Source of the DNA: Gammaproteobacteria bacterium
GTDB taxonomy: Bacteria; Pseudomonadota; Gammaproteobacteria; Arenicellales; CAJQKF01
Length of the DNA: 64,000 nt
Direction of reading: 5' to 3'
Assembly: GCA_030429665.1 (NCBI GenBank)
Contig: JAUIEZ010000008.1
Span: 498-64,497 of the forward strand
Every line of letters begins with the position of its first letter. The stretch's first letter is position 1. Under the pieces are notes generated by a model. It ran no database searches, was not told the DNA's origin, and saw only the letters and a program-made list of their open reading frames with translations. Position numbers and translations under genes: made by a program. This document shows, in pieces, positions 48,966 to 58,351 of this stretch.

Positions 48966-50167
48966 GGACGGAGATTCTCGCAGAATTCGCGCAGACGCCG
49001 GCAGCCCTCGTCGAGTTCGTCGTCGGAGGCGGCAAAGGAAATGCGGACATGAGGCGACAATCCGTAGCCGGCGCCTTGCACCAGCGCGACGCCCTGTTCG
49101 TCGAGCAGCGCGTTCGTGAAGTCGAGGTCGTTCTCGATCCGGTGCCCGGCGGCGGTCACGCGTCCGAGGCAGCCGCCGACGTGAGGGAAGGCGTAAAACG
49201 CACCCTCGGGGGTGGCGCAGCGTATCCCCGGCATGCTGCCGAGCGCGTCGATTAGCCGGTCGCGGCGATCGCGGTAGCGCTGCACGTTGGCGTCGAGATA
49301 CCCACCCCGTATCGCGAGCGCCGCCAGGGCCGCCCACTGGCTGATGCTGGCGGGATTACCGCTCGACTGTGACTGTACCACGCGCATGGCGTCGATCACG
49401 CGCGCGTCGCCCGCCGCGTAACCGATGCGCCAACCGGTCATGGCGAAGGTCTTGGATACGCCGTTGACGGTCAACACGCGCCCGGCGAGATCCGGGGCGG
49501 TCGACGCCAGGGTGACGAAGCGCGCCGGCGGAAACACGATGTGCTCGTAAATATCGTCGCTCAGCACCGCGACATGCGCGTGCCGGCGAAGCACGGCGGC
49601 GAGTGTCTCGAGCTCGGGTGCCGTGTAGACCGCGCCGGACGGGTTGCCGGGACTGTTGATGATCAGCCAGCGGGTGCGCGGTGAAATGGCGGCTTCGAGC
49701 TGTTCGGGATCGAGCTTGAACCCGGTGTCGATGCCGGTCGGCAGGATGACCGGCGTGGCGCCGCACAGGCGCACCATGTCCGGGTAGCTTACCCAGAAAG
49801 GCGCCGGCACCAGCACCTCGTCGCCGGGGTCGAGGGTGGCGAACAGCGCGTTGAAGATGGCCTGCTTGCCGCCGGCGCTGATGCAGACCTGGTCGGGCGT
49901 GAAATCGAGGTCGTTCTCGCGACGAAACTTTTCACACACCGCCCGCTTCAGTTCCGCAATTCCGTCGACCGCCGTGTAACGCGTATGACCGGCCGCAATG
50001 GCCTCGATCGCGGCGTCGCGAACATCGGCGGGCGTGTCGAAATCCGGCTCGCCCGCGCACAGCGACACGATGTCGCGACCTTGCTCGACCAATTTTCGCG
50101 CGCGCTGCAGCATGGCGACGCTGGGTGAGATCGGAACGCGGCTGACGGTTTCGGCTATGCGGATCAT
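48962..50167 (-). CDS. Pyridoxal-phosphate-dependent aminotransferase, class I (aspartate/aromatic type)
   Basis: Start at MIRIAETV (ATG 50167). GEPDFDTP, YT...GI.ELK.A, INSPGNPSG and SKTFAMTGWRIGY (PLP Lys). Confidence 0.9.
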   Translation of the reverse strand: MIRIAETVSRVPISPSVAMLQRARKLVEQGRDIVSLCAGEPDFDTPADVRDAAIEAIAAGHTRYTAVDGIAELKRAVCEKFRRENDLDFTPDQVCISAGGKQAIFNALFATLDPGDEVLVPAPFWVSYPDMVRLCGATPVILPTGIDTGFKLDPEQLEAAISPRTRWLIINSPGNPSGAVYTAPELETLAAVLRRHAHVAVLSDDIYEHIVFPPARFVTLASTAPDLAGRVLTVNGVSKTFAMTGWRIGYAAGDARVIDAMRVVQSQSSGNPASISQWAALAALAIRGGYLDANVQRYRDRRDRLIDALGSMPGIRCATPEGAFYAFPHVGGCLGRVTAAGHRIENDLDFTNALLDEQGVALVQGAGYGLSPHVRISFAASDDELDEGCRRLREFCENLRP

Positions 50168-50309
50168 GAATCGCTCGGGCGGCCTCGGGCAGGGGCGGTT
50201 TATAGACCGCGTGCCGACCACGGTCAATGGCGACGCCGTGCGTTCAGTCGGCGCTCATCTTGATCCTCGACAATGACGATCGTCACGAAAACCCACGGGG
50301 GATGTCCAA

Positions 50310-50762
50310 ATGATGCGCCAAATCTTCGTTTTTCTCGGATTCCTTGCCGTCGTTCCCGCGGCGCCGGCCGCCAACGAGTGTCCCGGCACCCCTTACCGAT
50401 ACACGGGCGAGCGTTGTTCCGACCTCGGACTCGATACCAACCGTGCCGTATGCCTCCCGGGACGGCGTTTCGCCCTCCTGTGCGACGACGCGGTCGGCGG
50501 ACGCGTTCGCACGTGTCAGAGCGGCATTCGCTGCGACCGGGACGTCGTGGGAAGCGGTCGCGACGACCGTCGCCATGACGACCGTGGACACGGCTATGCC
50601 TGGCACGATCACGGCGGTCGCCGTGACGCGGGCGCGGTCTATTTCCGCGGCGATTGGCGCGCCTGTGAAACCCTTCGTTTCGACCGGCGCGGCGAGCCGG
50701 CGGGGTTCTGTAAGCGGGGCACCTTCAATCGCGATTGCCGGGGCCGCTGCGAGAGATATTGA
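50310..50762 (+). CDS. Hypothetical secreted Cys-rich protein
   Basis: MMRQIFVFLGFLAVVPAAPAA signal peptide, 10 Cys in the mature part and GGGGGA upstream. Competing ORFs on other frames look non-genic. No family recognised. Confidence 0.45.
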   Translation: MMRQIFVFLGFLAVVPAAPAANECPGTPYRYTGERCSDLGLDTNRAVCLPGRRFALLCDDAVGGRVRTCQSGIRCDRDVVGSGRDDRRHDDRGHGYAWHDHGGRRDAGAVYFRGDWRACETLRFDRRGEPAGFCKRGTFNRDCRGRCERY

Positions 50763-50961
50763 ACGGTGCTGCGTGTTGACACGGACACGCGCACACCACT
50801 GGACAAGACACCGCGTCCGGGCCAGTATATCCCCGGTGCGCGGGCGATTCGATGCGGCTGGTAGGGCGCGGGCGGAACGCATTCGTCCGTGCTGACGCGG
50901 GCGCGGCCGACGCGCCCTCGATGTCTAGCGAACGGATAGAATAAGAAATGCCCTTTCCCCT

Positions 50962-52242
50962 ATGGACGGCGACCGGCGCGCCGCGAGATCGTGCCGCCAC
51001 GCCGACCGTGACGTGACGCCCCCTTCCGCGACCGCCGAGCCGCTCCGCGGCGGTGGTGACGGAGGCCGCGCGGCAGAAGTATTCCTCACCTTCCTCAAAC
51101 TCGGACTGACTTCCTTTGGCGGACCGATTGCCCATCTTGGCTATTACCGCCGTGAACTGGTGGAGCGGCGCGGGTGGGTGGATGAGAGCCAGTACGCGCA
51201 GATCGTCGCGCTGTGCCAGTTCCTGCCCGGACCGGCGAGCAGCCAGGTCGGCTTCAGCCTGGGCCTGATTCGCGCCGGCTGGGGCGGCGCGCTCGCCGGC
51301 GCGGTCGCCTTCATCCTGCCTTCGGCGCTGCTGTTGTTCGCCTTCGCAGCGGTGCTGCCGGCGATCGACGGTCCGCTCGGGGTTGCCTCCATTCACGGCC
51401 TCAAGCTGGTCGCGCTGGTGGTGGTCGCGCACGGTGTCCTGGGCATGCGCGCCTCACTGTGCCCGGACCCCGTGCGAATGAGCATCGCCGCGCTCGCGGC
51501 GGCGGCGGTGCTGGTCACCGGACCGACCTGGGTGCAGCTCATCGTGGTCGCGGCCGGTGGCCTGGCGGGATTGCTGCTGTGCCGCGATGTCGAGCCGGTC
51601 GCCGAGGGCGGGGTACGGCTGCGTTATGGTCAGCGCATGGGCTGGGTGTTGCTCGCGGTGTTCGCGTCGTTGCTGGCCGGCTTGCCGTTGTTCGCCCGCG
51701 AGGCGGGCGGACTGGTGACCGTGGCCGACGCATTCTACCGCGCCGGCGCCCTGGTGTTCGGTGGTGGCCACGTGGTGCTGCCGCTGCTGGAGGATGCGGT
51801 GGTGGCACCCGGATGGATTCCGCGGGACGAGTTCGTCGCCGGCTACGGCGCCGCCCAGGCGGTGCCCGGGCCGGTGTTCGCCATCGCCGCCTTTCTCGGT
51901 GCGCGCATGCCCGGAGACAGCGGTGGCGCATTGGGCGCCTGGATCGCGCTGGCGGCCATCTTCCTGCCCGGTTACCTCCTGGTGTCGGGGGTGTTGCCGC
52001 TGTGGCGCGCGGTGGCCTCGCGGCCGAGCGCGGCGCGCGCCATCGCCGGCGTCAATGCCGCGGTGGTGGGTCTGCTCGGCGCGGCGCTGTACGACCCGCT
52101 ATGGACCAGCGCGGTGCGCGGGCCGTTGGACGTGGCGATCGCCGTGGGCGGCTTCACGCTGCTTGCGGCATGGCGGGTGTCGGCGCTGGTCGTGGTGGGA
52201 TGGTGCGTGGGCGCGAGCGTGCTGATGGCATGGCTGTCGTGA
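50962..52242 (+). CDS. chrA: Chromate ion transporter (CHR family, two-domain)
   Basis: FLKLGLTSFGGPIAHLGY ... FLPGPASSQ in the first half, and FGGGHVVLPLL ... AVPGPVFA in the second half. The start codon is uncertain. Confidence 0.9.
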   Translation: MDGDRRAARSCRHADRDVTPPSATAEPLRGGGDGGRAAEVFLTFLKLGLTSFGGPIAHLGYYRRELVERRGWVDESQYAQIVALCQFLPGPASSQVGFSLGLIRAGWGGALAGAVAFILPSALLLFAFAAVLPAIDGPLGVASIHGLKLVALVVVAHGVLGMRASLCPDPVRMSIAALAAAAVLVTGPTWVQLIVVAAGGLAGLLLCRDVEPVAEGGVRLRYGQRMGWVLLAVFASLLAGLPLFAREAGGLVTVADAFYRAGALVFGGGHVVLPLLEDAVVAPGWIPRDEFVAGYGAAQAVPGPVFAIAAFLGARMPGDSGGALGAWIALAAIFLPGYLLVSGVLPLWRAVASRPSAARAIAGVNAAVVGLLGAALYDPLWTSAVRGPLDVAIAVGGFTLLAAWRVSALVVVGWCVGASVLMAWLS

Positions 52243-52267
52243 TCTTTCTATTCCGATCCCTCGGGAT

Positions 52268-52894
52268 GTGCCGCCGATGACCATCGAGGTCTGGAGTGCG
52301 TTCGTTGCCGCGGTCATCCTGATGATGATTACGCCCGGCCCGAGCCAGCTCCTGATGTTGTCCAACAGCATGGCCAACGGTTTTCGACGCTCCCTGGCCA
52401 CCGCGACCGGCGATCTGTCCGCCAACGTGTTGCAGATGCTGGCCGCCGGCATCGGACTGGGCGCGGTCGTGCATGCCTCCGAGCACGCCTTCACGGTGAT
52501 CAAGTGGCTGGGCGCGGCCTACCTTGTCTGGATGGGGATCTCGCGGATCCGCAAGGCCGGGCGCGGCGGCATTGGTACGGCGCAAAGAGGGTCGCTCGTA
52601 CGCCTGTGGACGCAGGGATTCGTGACCTCCGCCGCCAACCCGCGCGCGGTGGTGTTCTTCGCGGCATTGTTTCCCCAGTTCATCTCCGCGCACGCACCGT
52701 TTTGGGAACAGTTCCTGGCGCTGTCGGTGACTTACGTGGTGATCGACGGGCTGTTTCTGTCCGCCTACGGCGGCGGCGCGGCGTGGATCGCCGGCCGACT
52801 TCGTCCCACCGCGCGCGCCTGGCTCGACCGCCTGTCCGGCGGATTCCTGGTGGCTGCCGGCGTGGCGCTGGGGCTCAAGTCCGTCGCGCGCTGA
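52268..52894 (+). CDS. LysE/RhtB family amino-acid exporter
   Basis: 208 aa. ITPGPSQLLMLSNSMANG ... KWLGAAYLVWMG ... NP.AVVFF.ALFPQF. Confidence 0.85.
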   Translation: MPPMTIEVWSAFVAAVILMMITPGPSQLLMLSNSMANGFRRSLATATGDLSANVLQMLAAGIGLGAVVHASEHAFTVIKWLGAAYLVWMGISRIRKAGRGGIGTAQRGSLVRLWTQGFVTSAANPRAVVFFAALFPQFISAHAPFWEQFLALSVTYVVIDGLFLSAYGGGAAWIAGRLRPTARAWLDRLSGGFLVAAGVALGLKSVAR

Positions 52895-52903
52895 ACCCGC
52901 AAG

Positions 52904-53650
52904 ATGCCTGCCGACGGGTTGTCCTGGGCCCTGGTGCTGGGCGCCGCCCTGGCGGCGGGTTTTACGTCCGGTTTTGCCGGTTTCGGTACCGGCCTGGTGG
53001 CATCGGGATTGTGGTTTCACGCGCTGCCGGCGGGCGCCGTGCCGCCGCTGGTGGTGCTCACCTCGGTGGCCGCGCAATTGGTCGGTATCGCATCCGTGCG
53101 CAGGTCTTTCGACTGGTGGCGGGTGCGACCGTTTGTTGCCGGCGGCGCGGTCGGCGTGCCGCTCGGCGTCGCCGCGCTGCAGGCGGTGTCGCCGGCGGTC
53201 CTCAGGGCATCGGTGGGCATGTTCCTGCTCGCCTACGTGCTGATCCAGTTCTCGGGTGCGATGCGCTCCGCGTGGGTATCGCGACGCGGAGCGGCGGCCG
53301 ATTCCCTGGTCGGCGTCGCCGGCGGTTTCCTCGGCGGCTTCGCCGGCCTCTCGGGGCCGCTGCCCCTGGTGTGGCTGCAGCTCAAGGGTGGCGCCGCCGA
53401 CGCCCAGCGGGCAATCTATCAGCCGTTCAACCTGTGCGCGTTGACGCTGGCCGCCGCTGTGATGGCAATCGGCGGACGCATGAACGCGGACGTGCTGGTG
53501 GCCGCGGCGGCGTGCCTGCCGCTTACGCTGCTCGGTGCGTGGCTGGGCGTAAGGTCGTACCGCGGCGTGGCCGAGCGCACCTTCCGTTTAGCGGTGCTGG
53601 CCCTGCTGTTCGTATCCGGCATGATCCTGGTCGCGCGGTTCGTGATCTGA
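52904..53650 (+). CDS. TauE/SafE (DUF81) family anion exporter
   Basis: 248 aa multi-TM protein. LGAALAAGFTSGFAGFGTG and a second half VGVAGGFLGGFAGLSGP are the duplicated TauE motifs. Confidence 0.85.
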   Translation: MPADGLSWALVLGAALAAGFTSGFAGFGTGLVASGLWFHALPAGAVPPLVVLTSVAAQLVGIASVRRSFDWWRVRPFVAGGAVGVPLGVAALQAVSPAVLRASVGMFLLAYVLIQFSGAMRSAWVSRRGAAADSLVGVAGGFLGGFAGLSGPLPLVWLQLKGGAADAQRAIYQPFNLCALTLAAAVMAIGGRMNADVLVAAAACLPLTLLGAWLGVRSYRGVAERTFRLAVLALLFVSGMILVARFVI

Positions 53651-53922
53651 GTCGTCGCCGCTCGCGCCACCCGGCCTCTCGAACGGGCATTTCCCGGGCC
53701 GGGGACGCCCGCGCGATGCCGGCGTCCCCGGCATCGTGGCCAGGGACCCGGTGGGCGCGGCAGCATGCCATGCCTCGGCCGCGACTTCGTCAAGCATTCG
53801 GAATGCTTCGACGATGCCCGTGTGCATCGCCGGTTCGAGATGGCGCTTTGGCGGGCAAGCTGTATCGCCCGTCTCGCGCGCGGTATCATACGCGGCCAAG
53901 TTTCCCCTTCCAGAGCCGCTTC

Positions 53923-54843
53923 ATGTCCGCCGAAGACGCCTTTCCGACCTATTCCATCGTCGGCAACAACTTCGGTTACCTTGGCCGGCCGTTGCGCCCC
54001 GACGCCGGCGATGCCGACGTCGCGATTATCGGCGTGCCCTACGACATGGGTACGTCGGGGCGCGCCGGCACCCGCCACGGGCCGCAGGGAATTCGCGCCG
54101 CGTCGTCCAACCTGCGCTGGGAGGAACGTCGCTGGCCCTGGCGCTTCAACCTGTTCGAACGACTCGACGTGGTCGACTGCGGCGACGTAATGTTTCCTCC
54201 CGGCGAGAGCCAGGTCATGGTCGACACGCTGGAGGCCGTGGTCACCGGGCATCTCGACGCCGGTCGCAAACTGCTCGCGTTGGGCGGGGACCATTTCATC
54301 ACCCTGCCGATCATGCGTGCCATGTCGCGCCATCGCGGCCAGGCGGTCCGCATGGTTCACTTTGACGCGCACACCGACAACGAGGCGACCGACGAGACGC
54401 GCTACTACCATGGTTCGATGTTCTACCACGCGCCGCGCGAAGGCATCCTCGACGCGGAATGCTCGGTTCAGGTCGGTATTCGCACCGAGTACGATTACGA
54501 CAATCATCCGTTCACGGTCATCGACGCCGAGCAGGTATCGCGCCTCGGCACCGACGCGGTGAACGGGCAGATTCGGGAGGTGGTCGGCGACGGTCCGGTC
54601 TACGTCACGTTCGACATAGACTGCCTCGACCCGGCCTTCGCGCCGGGTACCGGCACACCCGTGGCCGGGGGGCTGAGCACGAACCAGGTGCTTCCCCTGC
54701 TGCGCGGCCTGCAGGGACTCGACCTCGTCGGCATGGACATCGTCGAGGTGGCGCCTTGCTACGACCACGCGGAAATCACCTCCCTGGCGGCGGCGACGCT
54801 GGGCCTGGAGTTTCTATATCTTCTCGCTGCGAACCGGGACTAG
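53923..54843 (+). CDS. speB: Agmatinase (ureohydrolase family)
   Basis: Internal ATG 53923 of ORF 52504-54843. GVPYDMGTSGRAGTRHGP, GGDHFITLP, VHFDAHTD, FDIDCLDPAFAPGTGTP and VGMDIVEVAP are near-colinear with E. coli SpeB as I recall it. Confidence 0.9.
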   Translation: MSAEDAFPTYSIVGNNFGYLGRPLRPDAGDADVAIIGVPYDMGTSGRAGTRHGPQGIRAASSNLRWEERRWPWRFNLFERLDVVDCGDVMFPPGESQVMVDTLEAVVTGHLDAGRKLLALGGDHFITLPIMRAMSRHRGQAVRMVHFDAHTDNEATDETRYYHGSMFYHAPREGILDAECSVQVGIRTEYDYDNHPFTVIDAEQVSRLGTDAVNGQIREVVGDGPVYVTFDIDCLDPAFAPGTGTPVAGGLSTNQVLPLLRGLQGLDLVGMDIVEVAPCYDHAEITSLAAATLGLEFLYLLAANRD

Positions 54844-54937
54844 GGGAGCGACGCGCCCGCGCCGTGCCGGTTGCCCGATTGGTGCATAATAGAGGCTCGC
54901 CGCAGGTTGGAGAACCACAGACATAAGGAATGGCTTC

Positions 54938-55516
54938 TTGTCCATGAGAGAACGGGTCGCAGAACGATCGTATTTTTTCCGCCAGTGGGTTCGGGCGCCG
55001 CTAGCCACCGCGGCGATGTTTCCCTCCAGCGACGCCCTGGCCATCGGTGTGGTTCGCAGCGTCGCCCCCGCGATGGCACCGGTTGTCGAGCTCGGTCCCG
55101 GTACCGGCGCGGTCACCCGGCGCCTGGTCGAAAAGGGCCTGCGCGAGGATCAGCTCGTCCTCATCGAGTGCAATCGCCACTTCGCCGCCCAGTTGCGGGC
55201 CAGTTTCCCCGGGGCGCGACTGGTCGAGGGGATGGCGCACGAGGTCGGCGACATGACCTTCGATTCGCCGCCCGGTGTCGTTGTCAGCGGACTGCCGCTC
55301 ATGTCGATGCCGAACGAGGCGGTGGAGGCGACGCTTCGCGCGGCGTTCAAGGTGCTCAAGCCAGGCGGGTACGTCGTCCAGTTTACCTATGCGCCGCGTT
55401 GTCCCGTCAACCGCTCGGTGCGCGAGCGCCTGTCCCTGGAGTCGAAACTGCAGGAGCTGGTCTGGCGCAACTTTCCGCCCGCGCGCGTTTATCAGCTTCG
55501 CCGTAAAGGCGAATAG
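54938..55516 (+). CDS. Class I SAM-dependent methyltransferase (COG3963 / phospholipid N-methyltransferase-like)
   Basis: 192 aa. F.RQW.R.P..T.A..PSS, VVELGPGTGAVT (motif I) and LKPGG.VVQFTY. Confidence 0.7.
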   Translation: MSMRERVAERSYFFRQWVRAPLATAAMFPSSDALAIGVVRSVAPAMAPVVELGPGTGAVTRRLVEKGLREDQLVLIECNRHFAAQLRASFPGARLVEGMAHEVGDMTFDSPPGVVVSGLPLMSMPNEAVEATLRAAFKVLKPGGYVVQFTYAPRCPVNRSVRERLSLESKLQELVWRNFPPARVYQLRRKGE

Positions 55517-55654
55517 GTCCGCGGCGAAGCCTCGCTCCGCCGGTCCTCGAGACGTTTCACCGGGTTCCCTCGGTTCGAGCGACGATGCGATGATTTGCCG
55601 GGAATCTTCGTTGGCCGCGAAAATTCCCGGCACCAATTTTCTCCGGGGAATTCC

Positions 55655-56536
55655 ATGTCACGAACAGTCTATGTCAATGGCAACTTCGTCGACGAGGCCG
55701 ATGCGCGAATATCCGTTTTCGATCGCGCCTTCCTGTTCGCCGACGCCGTGTACGAGGTCAGCGCCGTCATCGGCGGCGCCATGATCGACAACGACGCTCA
55801 CCTGGCACGATTGCGGCGGTCGCTCGACGCGCTGGGCATGCACATGCCTTGCGAGGAATCGCGGATCGCCGCCATTCAGAACGAACTGATCCGTCGCAAC
55901 GCGCTGGACGAGGGCGCCGTTTACCTGCAGGTATCCCGGGGCGCCGCCGACCGGGATTTCAAGTACCCGAAGAACGCCACGCCCACGCTGGTGTCGTTCA
56001 CGCAGGCGCGCCGCATTGTCGACGACCCCGTTGCCGAGCGGGGCATCGACGTGGTCGTGGTCCCGGATCTTCGCTGGAAGAGACGCGACATCAAGACCGT
56101 CGGCCTGCTGGCTGCCTGCATGGCCAAGCAGCAGGCGTTGGATGCCGGCGCCGACGATGCCTGGATGGTAGAGAACGGGATGGTCACCGAGGGTACGTCG
56201 AACAACGCTCATATCGTTACCGGGGAGGGCGGCATCGTCACGCGCCAGCTCGGCAACGAGATATTGCACGGCGTCACCCGCGCCGCGATTCTCGAGCTGT
56301 CGCATCGGGAAGGAATCGACGTGCAGGAGCGCGCCTTCTCGGTGGAAGAGGCCAAGGCCGCCAGGGAAGCATTCATCACCAGCGCCACGACCTTCGTCTG
56401 TCCCGTGGTTCGAATCGACAGTCAACCGGTCGGCGACGGCCGGCCGGGTCCGGTCACGCGACGGCTGCGGCAACTCTATATCGAGATGGCTCGAGCCGAG
56501 GCAGCCCGATCGAAGTCGGATGCCGTCGCGCGGTAG
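55655..56536 (+). CDS. dat: D-amino-acid transaminase (fold-type IV PLP enzyme)
   Basis: Start at MSRTVYVNG (ATG 55655). DRAFLFADAVYEV, YLQVSRG, RDIKTVGLL (PLP Lys), EGTSNN and IT.A.IL. Confidence 0.8.
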   Translation: MSRTVYVNGNFVDEADARISVFDRAFLFADAVYEVSAVIGGAMIDNDAHLARLRRSLDALGMHMPCEESRIAAIQNELIRRNALDEGAVYLQVSRGAADRDFKYPKNATPTLVSFTQARRIVDDPVAERGIDVVVVPDLRWKRRDIKTVGLLAACMAKQQALDAGADDAWMVENGMVTEGTSNNAHIVTGEGGIVTRQLGNEILHGVTRAAILELSHREGIDVQERAFSVEEAKAAREAFITSATTFVCPVVRIDSQPVGDGRPGPVTRRLRQLYIEMARAEAARSKSDAVAR

Positions 56537-56714
56537 CGACCCGCACGCAGGGCGTCGCCGAGCGGTGCGTTTTGTTGACGCAACTGGGGAGAAGTGCTTA
56601 ACTGATTAAGTAAATGCCTGAAGACCCGCATGGCCGCCTTGCTTTGGGGGCGGCGCTGCGGCCGGTGAACGACAAGAAAACACCGAAGTTAACATTACCT
56701 CGAGGAGACAGAAC

Positions 56715-58304
56715 ATGTCTGAAATCGACCGACTGAAGAAGCAGCTCGCGTCCGGAAAAATCACGCGGCGAGAGTTCGTCTCTCGAATGGCCGCGATGGG
56801 TGCCGCCGTTGCCGCCCCGGGCGCCATGTTCAGTGCCCCGGCCATGGCGCAGCCCAAGAAGGGCGGCCATTTCAAGGTCGGTGTCGGCGCCGGGTCGACC
56901 ACCGACTCGCTCGACCCGTCGACTTTTCTCGACTCCTACATGCAGACCGTGGGCAACGCGGTGTACAGCTACCTCGCGGTGGTGGACTATGACGGCAACG
57001 CGGTCGGCGACCTCGCCGAGAGCATCGAGCCGTCGCCGGACGCGAAGATGTGGACCTGCAAACTGCGCAGCGGCGTCGAGTTTCACAACGGCAAGTCCGT
57101 GACGCCGGAGGACGTGATCGCATCCTACCGCTATCACATGAGCGAGGAGTCGCAATCGGCCGCCAAGTCACTGCTCAAGGCGGTGACCGACATCAAGGCC
57201 GACGGCAACGCCGTGACGTTCGTCCTGTCCGAGGGCAACGCGGACTTCCCGTATATCATGACCGATTACCACCTCGGCATCATGCCGTCCAAGGACGGCG
57301 CAGTGGAGGATCCCACTTCGGGCATCGGTTCGGGCGGCTACATGGTCGAGAACTTCGACCCCGGCGTGAAGACGCTGCTCAAGCGCAACCCCAACTGGTA
57401 CGACGAAAACACGGCGCACTTCGATTCCATCGAGAGCCTGGCCATCAAGGACGTGGCCGCACGCACCAATGCGTTGACCACTGGCGAGATCTACGCCATG
57501 GATCGATGCGATCTCAAGACGGTGCACCTGCTCAAGCGCAACAAGAACATCACCGTGCACCAGAGTACCGGCACGCAGCACTACTCGATGCCGATGCACA
57601 CGACCACCGGGCCGTTCGATGACAACAACGTGCGCATGGCGCTGAAGTACGGTATCGATCGCGAGGCCATCGTCAAGACCATTCTGCGCGGCTACGGGCA
57701 GGTCGGCAACGACCATCCCATCGGTCCTTCGCAGAAGTTCTATAACGCGGATTTGCCGCAGCGCGCCTACGACCCCGACAAGTCCAAGTACTACCTCAAG
57801 CAGGCGGGACTCGATTCCCTGAAAGTGGATCTTTCCGCCGCCGACGCCGCGTTCGCCGGCGCCGTCGACACCGCGGTGCTGTTCAAGGAGCATGCCGCCA
57901 AGAGCGGTATCGAGGTCAACGTCATCCGCGAACCGGACGACGGCTACTGGTCCAACGTCTGGTTGAAGAAGCCGTTCTGCATGTGCTACTGGGGCGGGCG
58001 GCCCACTGCCGACTGGATGTTCACCATCGCCTATGCCGCGAACGCCGACTGGAACGATGCGTACTGGAAGCACGATCGCTTCAACGAACTCCTCGTGGCC
58101 GCGCGCGCCGAGCTGGACGAGGACAAGCGCCGTACCATGTACTACGAGATGCAGGAGATCGTGAGCAACGAGGGCGGCACCATCGTGCCGATGTATGCCA
58201 GCTACGTGAGTGCCACCTCCGACTGGGTGGGAACACCGGAGAAACTGGCGGCCAACTGGGACTGGGACGGCAACCGCGCGTTCGTGCGCTGGTGGATGGC
58301 CTGA
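56715..58304 (+). CDS. ABC transporter substrate-binding protein, family 5 (peptide/nickel/opine type), Tat signal
   Basis: 529 aa. ITRREFVSRMAAMGAAVAAPGAMFSAPAMAQ is a twin-arginine signal, followed by an SBP_bac_5-like body. GAGGAG RBS. Confidence 0.9.
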   Translation: MSEIDRLKKQLASGKITRREFVSRMAAMGAAVAAPGAMFSAPAMAQPKKGGHFKVGVGAGSTTDSLDPSTFLDSYMQTVGNAVYSYLAVVDYDGNAVGDLAESIEPSPDAKMWTCKLRSGVEFHNGKSVTPEDVIASYRYHMSEESQSAAKSLLKAVTDIKADGNAVTFVLSEGNADFPYIMTDYHLGIMPSKDGAVEDPTSGIGSGGYMVENFDPGVKTLLKRNPNWYDENTAHFDSIESLAIKDVAARTNALTTGEIYAMDRCDLKTVHLLKRNKNITVHQSTGTQHYSMPMHTTTGPFDDNNVRMALKYGIDREAIVKTILRGYGQVGNDHPIGPSQKFYNADLPQRAYDPDKSKYYLKQAGLDSLKVDLSAADAAFAGAVDTAVLFKEHAAKSGIEVNVIREPDDGYWSNVWLKKPFCMCYWGGRPTADWMFTIAYAANADWNDAYWKHDRFNELLVAARAELDEDKRRTMYYEMQEIVSNEGGTIVPMYASYVSATSDWVGTPEKLAANWDWDGNRAFVRWWMA

Positions 58305-58351
58305 CGATTCCCTGAGGGCGTGGGCGCAAGGTCCGCGCCCGGCGAAATCGA

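Noticed and set aside
52504-53922. N-terminal 473 codons of the 779-aa ORF 52504-54843
   Set aside because: This stretch overlaps the LysE and TauE genes in another frame and reads as Arg/Gly/Ala low-complexity sequence. SpeB-like sequence only begins at ATG 53923.
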